Shown piece after piece: positions 1-9,000 of a stretch of DNA of 64,000 nucleotides. A program made the translations under genes and the position numbers. Each line of letters opens with the position of its first letter. Positions within the stretch are counted from its first letter, which is position 1. This DNA comes from a virus: positions 9,888-73,887 of the IMG/VR virus record IMGVR_UViG_3300042691_008527, one strand, 5' to 3'. Under the pieces are notes generated by a model, which saw only the letters and a list, made by a program, of their open reading frames with translations, did no database searches and was not told where the DNA came from.

Positions 1-2
1 CT

Positions 3-71
3 CAGTACTCTTTTATGACAGCTGTAAAAGTTGAAAGCGATGTTTGGTACGTTACTGGAGACATTTCTTAA
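3..71 (+). CDS. 3' end of a tail fibre gene (truncated by window start)
   Basis: Frame from nt 3 reads QYSFMTAVKVESDVWYVTGDIS-stop, resembling the C-terminus of 3665..4999 (RWSSATLIKR...DAWVAIGDLSA); its TAA overlaps the next ATG (TAATG at 69-73). Confidence 0.7.
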   Translation, partial: QYSFMTAVKVESDVWYVTGDIS

Positions 72-985
72 TGCAATCAATTATAGGAATTAACTCTGCA
101 TCATTTAGAGTTCCACCTAAACCAATAGTTACAGGTGGAACTTTATATTCTGATTCTACATATTATTATAGAAAGTTTACTTCTTCAGGAACTTTAACAG
201 TATCAGAAGTGCCATTATCACCAATAGATATTATTCTAATTGGAGGTGGTGGTGGAAGCTCCTCTGGTGGTGGAGGTGGTGGTGGAATTTATGATCCAGT
301 AGCACTTGATTCCTATACTATTACTGTACCAATAGGATCTACAACTGTAACTATTGGTGCTGGAGGAGCTGTTCAGTCAAAGGGTGGAGATACTTCCTGC
401 CCAGTGTTAAGAAATGGTGGACTTCCATTACCTAATCCAGCTTATGGTGGTGGTCAAGGTGGTCTAAGGCTTGGCCCAAGACCATCTTCAACTAATATTG
501 GAGGTGGAGGTGGCGGAGGTAATGGGTATCTTGGTGGTTTTAGAGGTTATGGTCAAGGAGCTAGTGGAGCTTTTGGAGCAAGTGATTATGCCTATGGTGG
601 TGGTGGCGGCGGAGGATGGCTTTGTGCACAAGATGGTGGAACAACAACCACTGTAGATGGATATAATGTTCAAGGATCAAAAGGTGGTGATGGATGTAAT
701 GCATATGCAACTTGGGCATCTGTAACATCTTCTGGAGCAGATGGTGGATATTTTGCTGGAGGTGGATCTGGTGGAAATGCTGATTATAATTTATTTAAAG
801 CTCTTGCTGGAGGACTAGGTGGTGGTGGCGGTGCATCAAGTGGTAGAGGGAACTATTCTCAAGCTGGAATAGCTAATACTGGCGGTGGTGGCGGAGGAAT
901 TATATCTTGGCTAAATGGAGGTACTGGACAACCTGGTGGATCAGGAATTGTAATTATTAGATATCTTAAATCATTAGTTGACTAA
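71..985 (+). CDS. Glycine-rich (polyglycine) putative tail adhesin
   Basis: ATG at 71 coupled to upstream stop (track start 44 unlikely); TGGT..YYYRKFTSSGTL, ILIGGGGG, ANTGGGGGG, GGSGIVIIRY motifs. Confidence 0.75.
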   Translation: MQSIIGINSASFRVPPKPIVTGGTLYSDSTYYYRKFTSSGTLTVSEVPLSPIDIILIGGGGGSSSGGGGGGGIYDPVALDSYTITVPIGSTTVTIGAGGAVQSKGGDTSCPVLRNGGLPLPNPAYGGGQGGLRLGPRPSSTNIGGGGGGGNGYLGGFRGYGQGASGAFGASDYAYGGGGGGGWLCAQDGGTTTTVDGYNVQGSKGGDGCNAYATWASVTSSGADGGYFAGGGSGGNADYNLFKALAGGLGGGGGASSGRGNYSQAGIANTGGGGGGIISWLNGGTGQPGGSGIVIIRYLKSLVD

Positions 986-990
986 TAATA

Positions 991-999
991 TGTTATAAT
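991..999 (+). promoter_or_regulatory. Extended -10 promoter (TGT-TATAAT), leaderless start at 1006
   Basis: TATAAT 994-999, 6 nt before ATG, no SD. Confidence 0.65.
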
Positions 1000-1005
1000 A
1001 AGTTT

Positions 1006-1275
1006 ATGGCCAGTACAAAAACAGTTACAATTACATCTACAGCACCAGTAATCCTTACTCCAGCAGCAGTTCATTCTGGCGTTGATATTACTATACAAAA
1101 TCAAGGTAGTGCAGATATCTATGTTGGCACATCGTCAGTTACAAGTACAAGTTACGGAGTTAAACTTGCTAGCGGCTCTGGACTTGGACTTACTGTTCCA
1201 GCAAGAGATGAAGTTTATGCAATTACAGCATCTGGAACAGCTACTGTAACAGTCTTGACGATGGGGCTACCATAA
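1006..1275 (+). CDS. Small beta-rich putative virion protein
   Basis: 89 aa Thr/Ser/Val-rich ORF within fibre region. Confidence 0.55.
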   Translation: MASTKTVTITSTAPVILTPAAVHSGVDITIQNQGSADIYVGTSSVTSTSYGVKLASGSGLGLTVPARDEVYAITASGTATVTVLTMGLP

Positions 1276-1276
1276 A

Positions 1277-1879
1277 ATGGGTCAAATATACGGTCCTAGT
1301 GCACAACAAATTATTGCAACAATTGTTGATAGCGCCCCAGCAACACTAGATACACTTAAAGAAATTGCAGATTCTATAAATGATGATGCTAACTTTGCAG
1401 TTACTGTTACAAATGATTTAGCATTAAAAGCTCCATTAGCTTCGCCAACATTTACTGGATCTCCAAGTCTTACTGGTACAACATCAGTTCAACAGCTTTT
1501 AGAGAAAGCAACTGTGTCTGCAACAGCAGCAAACGGTACAATAAATTATGATTTGCTAACAAATGGATCCGTTACATACTACACATCTGATGCTGCTGGT
1601 AACTGGACATTGAATGTTCGTGGAAATAGCACAACAAAATTAAATGCCTTAATGACTACTAACCAATCATTAACAATAGCATTTTTAGTAACAAATGGAG
1701 TATCAGCAAAATATCAAACAGCTTTTCAGATTGATGGTGCACCTGTATCTCCAAAATGGCAAGGTGGAGCTGCCCCAACCTCTGGTAATGCAAGTGCTAT
1801 AGATGTTTATTCAATTACAATTATTAAAACAGCTGATACTACTTTTACTGTATTAGCGTCTCAAGTTAAATTTGCTTAG
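1277..1879 (+). CDS. Short tail fibre / adaptor protein
   Basis: APATLDTLKEIADSINDDANFA...KAPLASPTFTG phage fibre motif; beta-rich C-terminal domain ending ASQVKFA. Confidence 0.7.
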   Translation: MGQIYGPSAQQIIATIVDSAPATLDTLKEIADSINDDANFAVTVTNDLALKAPLASPTFTGSPSLTGTTSVQQLLEKATVSATAANGTINYDLLTNGSVTYYTSDAAGNWTLNVRGNSTTKLNALMTTNQSLTIAFLVTNGVSAKYQTAFQIDGAPVSPKWQGGAAPTSGNASAIDVYSITIIKTADTTFTVLASQVKFA

Positions 1880-1887
1880 GAGATTAT

Positions 1888-2739
1888 ATGCCATTACTAT
1901 CTACTCGTGGCGCAGCATCAGCTAGATCATTTGGATTTTCTGGATCACTTCCTGAAGTTTTAGTTGAATATCTCGTAGTAGCAGGTGGAGGTGGTGGTGG
2001 CACAAATATTGGAGGAGGTGGTGGTGCAGGGGGATATTTAACTAATTATGGATCATCAACACTTTCTTTATCTAGTGGTGTAGCGCACACAGTAACAGTG
2101 GGTGGAGGTGGAGCCTCTGTTAATCCACAAGGTGTACTTGGATCAAGTTCTGTTTTTGCATCTATAACGGCAACTGGTGGTGGAGGTGGTGGAACATGCT
2201 GCAGTGGAACTACGACTGGTGGAAATGGTGCTTCTGGTGGTGGAGGCAGTACAGCTGTTAGTGGTGGAACTGGAATTCCTGGTCAAGGAACTAATGGTGG
2301 AAATGGTGCATATGGTGGAGGAGGATTTATTGCAGCAGGTGGTGGTGGAGGAGCTGGGGTGGCTGGAACAGCAGCATCAAATGGCTCAAATGGTGGAAAA
2401 GGTGGAAATGGACTATCTTCAAGTATCACAGGAACTGCAGTAGTTCGTGCAGGCGGAGGAGGTGGTGGAGCAAATACAACATATTCATATCAGAGCGTTG
2501 GTCAGGGTGGTACAGGTGGTGGAGGAAATGCTGGAACACCAAATGCAGCTTCTGGTAGCGCTAATACTGGTGGTGGCGGAGGTGGTGGAGGAAATGCAAG
2601 TGGCGGTTCAGGAGGTTCTGGAATAGTTATTATTAGAGCTCCTAAAGCTGCAGTTTCAACAACTGGATCTCCAACATATACAACTTCTGGCGGAAGTCAT
2701 ATTTATCAGTTTTTAACAAGTGGTAGTATAACATTTTAA
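1888..2739 (+). CDS. Glycine-rich putative tail adhesin
   Basis: AGGAG SD; N-terminal MPLLSTRGAASARSFGF; VEYLVVAGGGGGG...ANTGGGGGG...GGSGIVIIR. Confidence 0.75.
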   Translation: MPLLSTRGAASARSFGFSGSLPEVLVEYLVVAGGGGGGTNIGGGGGAGGYLTNYGSSTLSLSSGVAHTVTVGGGGASVNPQGVLGSSSVFASITATGGGGGGTCCSGTTTGGNGASGGGGSTAVSGGTGIPGQGTNGGNGAYGGGGFIAAGGGGGAGVAGTAASNGSNGGKGGNGLSSSITGTAVVRAGGGGGGANTTYSYQSVGQGGTGGGGNAGTPNAASGSANTGGGGGGGGNASGGSGGSGIVIIRAPKAAVSTTGSPTYTTSGGSHIYQFLTSGSITF

Positions 2740-2746
2740 TTCTTTG

Positions 2747-2755
2747 TGCTATAAT
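2747..2755 (+). promoter_or_regulatory. Extended -10 promoter (TGC-TATAAT)
   Basis: Intergenic, upstream of GGAGG SD and ATG 2772. Confidence 0.65.
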
Positions 2756-2771
2756 TTAACTGGAGGAATCA

Positions 2772-3116
2772 ATGGCATTTCCAGGTACATATAATTTTAA
2801 CTACTATCGTGGCGATACATTTCAGTTTATCGTAAGACCAAAAGATGCAAATGGTGCTCAGTTTGATTTAACTGGTTATACCGCTGGATTTACTATTGCA
2901 AGTTCTCGTGGTGCAACACCAACATCATTTTATTCTGGTACAACAGTTATCAATACAGTCGATGATATCGTTACTTGTACTATCTCATCTACAGTTGGAA
3001 ATAACCTTACACCTGGAACAACATGGGTGTATGATGTTCAAATTACAGACGGCACTGTTGTATACACACTTTTGACTGGATCAATCACAGTAACAGACGA
3101 TGTAAGGGAGCCATAA
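2772..3116 (+). CDS. Ig-like virion protein (BppU-N/collar-like)
   Basis: YRGDTF...DLTGYTA...YDVQI...TLLTGSITV pattern of phage collar/baseplate Ig-like domains. Confidence 0.6.
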   Translation: MAFPGTYNFNYYRGDTFQFIVRPKDANGAQFDLTGYTAGFTIASSRGATPTSFYSGTTVINTVDDIVTCTISSTVGNNLTPGTTWVYDVQITDGTVVYTLLTGSITVTDDVREP

Positions 3117-3119
3117 ACA

Positions 3120-3656
3120 ATGGCTGAAATCGTTTTAAGCACCGTAGACTTAGATGTTTTTGGTGGCCCCACAAGTCTGGATGTATCTGTTGATTTCGGG
3201 GCTCAAGGAGTCCGTGGAAGCCGTTTCTGGGCAGGTGCCAATGGTCCCACGGTAGATCTAGTAGGCCAAGATGTAGAACTTTATGATGTATATCTTAATA
3301 CTAATACTGGAGTATTTTCACAATATATTTTACAGGTTGGTAGCCCAACATGGACACCATTATTAGATATTGATGTTCCACAATATTCTTTAATTTCTGC
3401 CACTACTTTTACTGCAGGGTCTGGATCGGTAACAATTCCAATTTCAAGCTTAACGTCAGATACTGGAACAACGGCATCAGACTATGTTATTCGATATAAT
3501 ATTTCTAATACAAACCCAGTAGCCTCTAGTTTTACATCAAGCATTGTTTCTACAAATATTGTAGTAACACTAAATGCTATTGAATATTCTGGTGGAAGCT
3601 GGTCTAATTTATCAGGAAGTAAGAATGTACACTTGTTCATTTCTTACATAGGATAG
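3120..3656 (+). CDS. Putative virion structural protein
   Basis: 178 aa beta-rich ORF in fibre operon. Confidence 0.5.
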   Translation: MAEIVLSTVDLDVFGGPTSLDVSVDFGAQGVRGSRFWAGANGPTVDLVGQDVELYDVYLNTNTGVFSQYILQVGSPTWTPLLDIDVPQYSLISATTFTAGSGSVTIPISSLTSDTGTTASDYVIRYNISNTNPVASSFTSSIVSTNIVVTLNAIEYSGGSWSNLSGSKNVHLFISYIG

Positions 3657-3664
3657 GAGCATAA

Positions 3665-4999
3665 ATGTCAGAGTCAGTAGGTACGCTTTATCCAACACAG
3701 ATACCATCGCTTTCTGATGCTGCTGATATTCAAGAAGCTCTTAGGCTTTATCATTATGGCGCATATCCAGGCACAGATCCTGGAGAATATAATCCTACAA
3801 ACTCAAACCCAGCAAGCCTTGTATCAAGCTCAATAGCTGGAACATTTAATAGCTTACAAGGTCAAATTACAACTCTTTCTGGCAGCTTAGGTATTCAGCC
3901 TAGTACCCTAACCACTAAGGGAGATATTCTTGCTGCAACTGCTGCATCTACTGTAACACGTTTTGGTGTGGGAGCAAATGGAACGGTACTAACTGCAAAT
4001 AGTGCAACTGCTACTGGTTTAGAATGGGCTACCCCAGTTGTAACAAACTCAAGCACCAACACGTTTACTAATAAAACAATGAATAATTTTTCTGTTACAG
4101 CAGGATCAAGCATTCTTGATACCAACACAAATGAGCTTTTGACTTTCCCATCTTTAGTGGCATCAGCAGTTAATAATATACAAATAAATAATTCTGCTAC
4201 TGGCGTAGCCCCAAGCCTTCAATCAATTGGAAATGATACAAATGTTGGCTTTAATATTATAACTAAGGGTACTGGATTAGCTCAAGTAAACGGTGTTCCA
4301 ATTGCAACAACTACAGACTCTCAAACTTTAACAAACAAAACTTTAACATCACCTTTGATAACTCTTAGTACAACATCTTCTACAACTGATGCTAGAATTT
4401 CTTGGGACACTACAAATAAAAAGATTCAAGTTGGTGATGGAACATCTGCAACAGATTTTGCGTCATCGACATTGAGAACAAATGCTGCAACGCTTTCATC
4501 TAATAACTATACTATAGTTCTTGCTGATAAAGATAAAATGGTTGAAATAGATAATGGTGCCACTGCATCTACTGTTACCATTCCAGCAAATGCAACAACT
4601 GCATTTTTACCAGGAACTCAAATTAATATTATTCAAACTGGAACTGCACAAGTAACTATATTGCCAGCATCTATAACAACTGCAACATTTTCTTCTGGAG
4701 GAGCTGCAGCAGCTACTACTTTTGTTATATCTACGCCAAATGCTAGCATTGCAGTTGGTCAAAAAGTTACGGGTACTGGTTTTGCAGATAATACATATGT
4801 TACAAATGTTGCTGGAACGACAATAACAGTAAGCCCAGCAATATCTTCACAGGTATCTGGAACAGTTACATTTAGTGTTGGAGTTATGGGAACTCCTGGA
4901 CTTAAACTTAGATCACGATGGTCTTCTGCAACTCTTATTAAGCGACCAACAGCAGCTGGTGTAGATGCATGGGTAGCAATTGGAGACCTTAGTGCATGA
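3665..4999 (+). CDS. Tail fibre protein
   Basis: TTKGDILAAT..VGANGTVLTANSATATGLEW and QTLTNKTLTSP fibre repeats; C-terminal GLKLRSRWSSATLIKR..W..IGDL domain. Confidence 0.75.
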   Translation: MSESVGTLYPTQIPSLSDAADIQEALRLYHYGAYPGTDPGEYNPTNSNPASLVSSSIAGTFNSLQGQITTLSGSLGIQPSTLTTKGDILAATAASTVTRFGVGANGTVLTANSATATGLEWATPVVTNSSTNTFTNKTMNNFSVTAGSSILDTNTNELLTFPSLVASAVNNIQINNSATGVAPSLQSIGNDTNVGFNIITKGTGLAQVNGVPIATTTDSQTLTNKTLTSPLITLSTTSSTTDARISWDTTNKKIQVGDGTSATDFASSTLRTNAATLSSNNYTIVLADKDKMVEIDNGATASTVTIPANATTAFLPGTQINIIQTGTAQVTILPASITTATFSSGGAAAATTFVISTPNASIAVGQKVTGTGFADNTYVTNVAGTTITVSPAISSQVSGTVTFSVGVMGTPGLKLRSRWSSATLIKRPTAAGVDAWVAIGDLSA

Positions 5000-6285
5000 A
5001 AATAGGCAACTCTGCTTCTTCATTTTTAAACGCCAATACAGATAGTTTTAATAGGGCTAATGATCCTACATCTCTTGGAATTTCTGATCGTGGAATTAGG
5101 TGGGGTGCTGTAAGAGATACCTGGCAAGTACTAGACAATGAAGCATATTCTGCAGCAAATCAAGCCTCATATGCTTTGGCAGCTGGTAGTGTCGGTATAA
5201 ATAATATTAATTCTAGAATTGTAATACCAGACGGTACTTCTGGAGCAGGTTTGGCATTTTGGGTAGAAGATGCAAATAACTGGTATGGTGTATTCCCATA
5301 TTATAATCAAACAGGAACTGCTGGATGCTTTGGTAGTGTCGTATATAATAATTCTGGTGCTTGTGGTGGATGTCCTACTACTAGTTATAGCTATCAAGTA
5401 TGCGATGTTTATAGTACAGACACTTCTAGCGGTTGCTGTAGCGGCATAACTAATGTTGCATCATCTACATATTGTGCTGGACCTTCCATTACTGGTCCTA
5501 CATCAACTGGTGTAATTACACCCGCTGGATGTTGCCCTGGGACTGCAACAACGTCTACATCATCTACTTGTACAACTGGTGGAACTGGGAATGTTTGTAA
5601 TACTGAAACCACATATGTAGAGTCTTGTTCTGGAAGCCAGCTATTTTGTTATCATAGTGGTGGTGGATGTACGCCGTCTGGATGTGGTGGTTGCTATGTC
5701 TATGATAGTGGACAAACAACATACTATACTTCTACATGTTCATACTCTGGACAATTTGTTAGTGGCAATGCCCCAGGTTGCGGTACATTCGGTGATCAGT
5801 GTGATTTTCCAGGTCAAGTATTTTCATTAACATGTTATGCTAGATATTGTTTTCAGCCAGTATATGAGCCAGTATATACTTATTATTATACTACGCTATA
5901 CTATACTGTATCTTGTTCTCAAACACAATATACTAGCCCAGGATATTCATATTGCTATAAGCCAAGGACAGAGAGTGGATATTATTGTAATCCCTATACG
6001 ACTACAATAACTACTACCTATGCTTATAAAGTAATAAAGATGGTTTCTGGTGTAGTTACAGAAATAGCTACTGTAACAGTACCTTCTGCTATACTAGGAT
6101 TAAGGGCCCAAACAAATGGTACCTCAATAAATATAACTGCATATTCTGATGTTAATCTTTCTAACATTATTGGACAGAGTAGCTATTCTGAGCTTTCTGC
6201 TACAAGAGGTGTTGGAGTTGGGGTACTATATGCTCCAACGCTGTATAATGGTTCATCAGTGTTAGATAATTTTGGAGTGGAGTAA
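4996..6285 (+). CDS. Putative fibre-tip adhesin: beta-sandwich with 24-Cys insertion
   Basis: ATGA overlap with fibre gene; DSFNRAN..GLAFWVEDANNWY..LDNFGVE lectin-like scaffold; all 24 Cys lie in nt 5326-5988. Confidence 0.65.
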   Translation: MKIGNSASSFLNANTDSFNRANDPTSLGISDRGIRWGAVRDTWQVLDNEAYSAANQASYALAAGSVGINNINSRIVIPDGTSGAGLAFWVEDANNWYGVFPYYNQTGTAGCFGSVVYNNSGACGGCPTTSYSYQVCDVYSTDTSSGCCSGITNVASSTYCAGPSITGPTSTGVITPAGCCPGTATTSTSSTCTTGGTGNVCNTETTYVESCSGSQLFCYHSGGGCTPSGCGGCYVYDSGQTTYYTSTCSYSGQFVSGNAPGCGTFGDQCDFPGQVFSLTCYARYCFQPVYEPVYTYYYTTLYYTVSCSQTQYTSPGYSYCYKPRTESGYYCNPYTTTITTTYAYKVIKMVSGVVTEIATVTVPSAILGLRAQTNGTSINITAYSDVNLSNIIGQSSYSELSATRGVGVGVLYAPTLYNGSSVLDNFGVE

Positions 6286-6286
6286 C

Positions 6287-6520
6287 ATGGAAAAAGGTGC
6301 AAGACCGTGGGATATTTTTAATAGAAATATTAAAAAGGTAGATGCAAGTATAGGTGATGAAAGAATGGAGATTTGTAATGCATGTCCATTTTTAATACAG
6401 GCGACTAAAACATGTACGAAATGCGGATGCTTTATGACTGCTAAAACAAAACTTCCGCATGCTTCATGTCCAGAAGGAAAATGGGGAGCTATCAAGATCT
6501 CTTTGAAAGAGGATATGTGA
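6287..6520 (+). CDS. Small six-Cys protein (DUF6171-like)
   Basis: ATG 6287 with GGAG SD; R..ICxxCP...CxxCGCFM..KT.L...SCP.GKW pattern. Confidence 0.65.
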   Translation: MEKGARPWDIFNRNIKKVDASIGDERMEICNACPFLIQATKTCTKCGCFMTAKTKLPHASCPEGKWGAIKISLKEDM

Positions 6521-6711
6521 TGAATAATATTGCTTTTGTAATTGATGAAGAAATTGTTTCTGTAGTTAACTGTGACGATCAACACGCTGCGGTTTTGTTA
6601 TCTGAGCCAATTATGGTTGATATCACGGATATGCCAAATGTTCATATAGGTTGGAAATATATTAATGGACAGCTTATCGCCCCAGAAATGCCAAGACCTG
6701 TAAATTCATAA
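6520..6711 (+). CDS. Putative tail fibre assembly chaperone (Tfa-like)
   Basis: ATG 6520 overlapping upstream TGA, GAGGA SD; IAFVIDEEIV...IGWKYINGQLIAP. Confidence 0.5.
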   Translation: MNNIAFVIDEEIVSVVNCDDQHAAVLLSEPIMVDITDMPNVHIGWKYINGQLIAPEMPRPVNS

Positions 6712-6721
6712 TTTTAAATAT

Positions 6722-6765
6722 AAAAAATACCCCCCGCTTTTAAACAGGGGGTATTTTATTTTTTT
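6722..6765. terminator. Bidirectional intrinsic terminator
   Basis: AAAATACCCCC / GGGGGTATTTT 11-bp stem flanked by A and T tracts between convergent genes. Confidence 0.85.
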
Positions 6766-6768
6766 ATA

Positions 6769-7347
6769 TTATGCAGGGAACTTTTTCATCCACTGCTTAG
6801 TTCTTGGAGTCATACCTTTCCAGGCAGTCCAATTTTTACCCCCAGCGCTCATATGATATGCAACCTGTGCATTAATGACAGGGTTCAGCAATTCGCTGGA
6901 AAAATTAATACCATATTTTTCTCTACGATCGGGACCAAGCATTCCAATCATATTGATTTGGAAAATACCAAAAGAACTGTCTCCAGTATTTGAATTTCCA
7001 TTAAATGCCAATGGTCTTCCATTAGATTCTTTTTTTGCTACAGCCCAAGCCTTCTTGAGACCTTCCCCACGAAAACCGACGGCATGTAAAAGTTTCTTCA
7101 ACTCTCTATCAGTCAAGCTGGTAGCATTCTGAAATTTATGAAGGTCGTTGAGATCTTTTTTGACCCTAACTAAGCTTTTAGGCTTAGAAACCAAAAAAAC
7201 CGCCTTAGCGGTCTTATCAGCAACTACCTTGGTTTCCTGTTTAATAAAATTATTCTCTGAGCTAAGGGCATTAGCCTTATTAGCCAAGATAGCAACTGCA
7301 AAAACAGTAGCCAAGACTCCAATCAGAAATTTTTGATCTTGCTTCAT
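6769..7347 (-). CDS. Secreted or membrane-anchored lytic transglycosylase (SLT, lysozyme-like fold)
   Basis: ATG at 7347 with AGGAGG SD; N-terminal hydrophobic segment; AVAKKESNG (catalytic Glu), GIFQIN, NPVINA, WTAW motifs. Confidence 0.8.
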   Translation of the reverse strand: MKQDQKFLIGVLATVFAVAILANKANALSSENNFIKQETKVVADKTAKAVFLVSKPKSLVRVKKDLNDLHKFQNATSLTDRELKKLLHAVGFRGEGLKKAWAVAKKESNGRPLAFNGNSNTGDSSFGIFQINMIGMLGPDRREKYGINFSSELLNPVINAQVAYHMSAGGKNWTAWKGMTPRTKQWMKKFPA

Positions 7348-7395
7348 ACTTTTTCCTCCTAGAAACAAAAAACACCTTTTCGGGTGTTAAGTATT

Positions 7396-7424
7396 AGTAT
7401 AACACCTAAAAATATTATTGTCAA
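7396..7424 (-). promoter_or_regulatory. Consensus sigma70-type promoter for the transglycosylase
   Basis: Minus strand TTGACA-17nt-TATACT with TG extension. Confidence 0.8.
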
Positions 7425-7470
7425 ACCAGTTTACGCATGAGTAGGAAAACTTTTTTATTAATTTTGAGCG

Positions 7471-7479
7471 TGGTATAAT
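7471..7479 (+). promoter_or_regulatory. Extended -10 promoter (TGG-TATAAT)
   Basis: 9 nt before ATG 7489, no SD. Confidence 0.65.
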
Positions 7480-7488
7480 TAAATCACT

Positions 7489-8976
7489 ATGGCATCAGGC
7501 TTTACACCTACATATCTTATCCCTTATCCACTGCCTACAGATCCAGTCAATGTGGCTTCTGATATGGAAGAAATGGCTGATAGGTTAGAAACTTTATTCA
7601 CAAATACCGTTCAGCTATCTGCTGCCAATATATTTACAAATACAAATATTTTTAGTGTTAACTCTTCCTCTGCCGCAGTTAGAATTACACAGGTAGGATC
7701 AGGAAATGCCTTCCTCGTTGAAGATGATGCCAATCCAGACACTAGTGCTTTCGTTATTACAAATGCTGGAGATGTCGGTATTGGAAAGTTATCTCCACAA
7801 GAAAAAGTTGATGTAATAGGAAATATTAAACTAAGCGGTAATCTTATTTTTGAGGGTACTGATGATACTTATGAATTATCATTTGCATACACAGATCCGA
7901 CAGCAGATAGAACTATTACTCTGCCAGATGTAACAGGAACAGTTATAACAAATGGTAATTTGACAGATATTACTACAGTTGGTACTGTGATTGCTGGTTT
8001 GTGGAATGCATCAACTATTGGTGCAAATTATGGTGGCACTGGTATAAGTACATATTTAACTGGAGATATTTTATATTCTAGCTCAACCAATGTTTTGTCA
8101 AAGCTGGCTATTGGAACATCTGGACAGGTGTTAAGAGTTTCTTCTGGCGGTATACCAGAATGGGCAACAATTTCTGTATCTGCTGCAACACCCACCGTAG
8201 CTGGAACAGTATTTGGATATACAAATGCAGTTGGTGGAAATATTGGTCTTGGATATAGCGCTCTTGGTAGTCAGTCAGCATCAAATGATGAACATATAGC
8301 AATTGGATATGAGGCTCTTTCATCAATAACAAATACCGCATTTGCAGATGTTATGGTTGGATATAGGTCTGGATATGGTCTAACTACTGGCGATTATAAT
8401 ATCGGCATCGGAGGATTTAATTTTTGGGGAACAACTACTGGAAGCTATAATATAGCAATCGGTTACGAAACACTTCCAGCTTATGCAGTGGGAGGTTTAA
8501 CATCTAGTCATAACATATTTATTGGGCATACATCTGGATATAATGCTGCATCAACTATTGTTGACAATGTTTCTGTAGGTAACGGAAATTTGTATGCTTA
8601 TCAGGGAGCATATACGGTAGCTATTGGTAATGGAGCTCTTGCAGCAAGCACAACGGGGAATGAAAATACTGCAGTAGGATTTTATGCTGGAGGAGCGATA
8701 ACAACTGGTGCACAAAATACTCTTCTAGGATCACGAGCTGCCAATGATGGTGGTGGACCAAATATAGAGTTAACAACTGGATCTAACAATATTATTATTG
8801 GATATGAGTCTGCCCCTACCTCTTCATCTGTATCAAACGAAATAACTATCGGAAATGCATCTAATAATAGGTTTAGAGTTCCAGGCCTTGGTATTGATTG
8901 GACACCAGCAACAGTTCCTAGTGGATCTGGTGGAGGAGCTTCTCTTTCACAAGTTTTTATGTTGATGGGTGCATAG
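7489..8976 (+). CDS. Tail fibre with beta-roll repeats
   Basis: N-terminal TPTYLIPYP..D anchor; TADRTITLPD.TGT motif; repeated N(I/T)A(I/V)G(Y/F) units; ends VFMLMGA. Confidence 0.75.
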   Translation: MASGFTPTYLIPYPLPTDPVNVASDMEEMADRLETLFTNTVQLSAANIFTNTNIFSVNSSSAAVRITQVGSGNAFLVEDDANPDTSAFVITNAGDVGIGKLSPQEKVDVIGNIKLSGNLIFEGTDDTYELSFAYTDPTADRTITLPDVTGTVITNGNLTDITTVGTVIAGLWNASTIGANYGGTGISTYLTGDILYSSSTNVLSKLAIGTSGQVLRVSSGGIPEWATISVSAATPTVAGTVFGYTNAVGGNIGLGYSALGSQSASNDEHIAIGYEALSSITNTAFADVMVGYRSGYGLTTGDYNIGIGGFNFWGTTTGSYNIAIGYETLPAYAVGGLTSSHNIFIGHTSGYNAASTIVDNVSVGNGNLYAYQGAYTVAIGNGALAASTTGNENTAVGFYAGGAITTGAQNTLLGSRAANDGGGPNIELTTGSNNIIIGYESAPTSSSVSNEITIGNASNNRFRVPGLGIDWTPATVPSGSGGGASLSQVFMLMGA

Positions 8977-9000
8977 TGTATAATAGATCAGGAGGAAAAT

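Noticed and set aside
44-70. ORF-track start at 44 for the first gene
   Set aside because: Overlaps the upstream fibre gene end; the coupled ATG at 71 is more plausible
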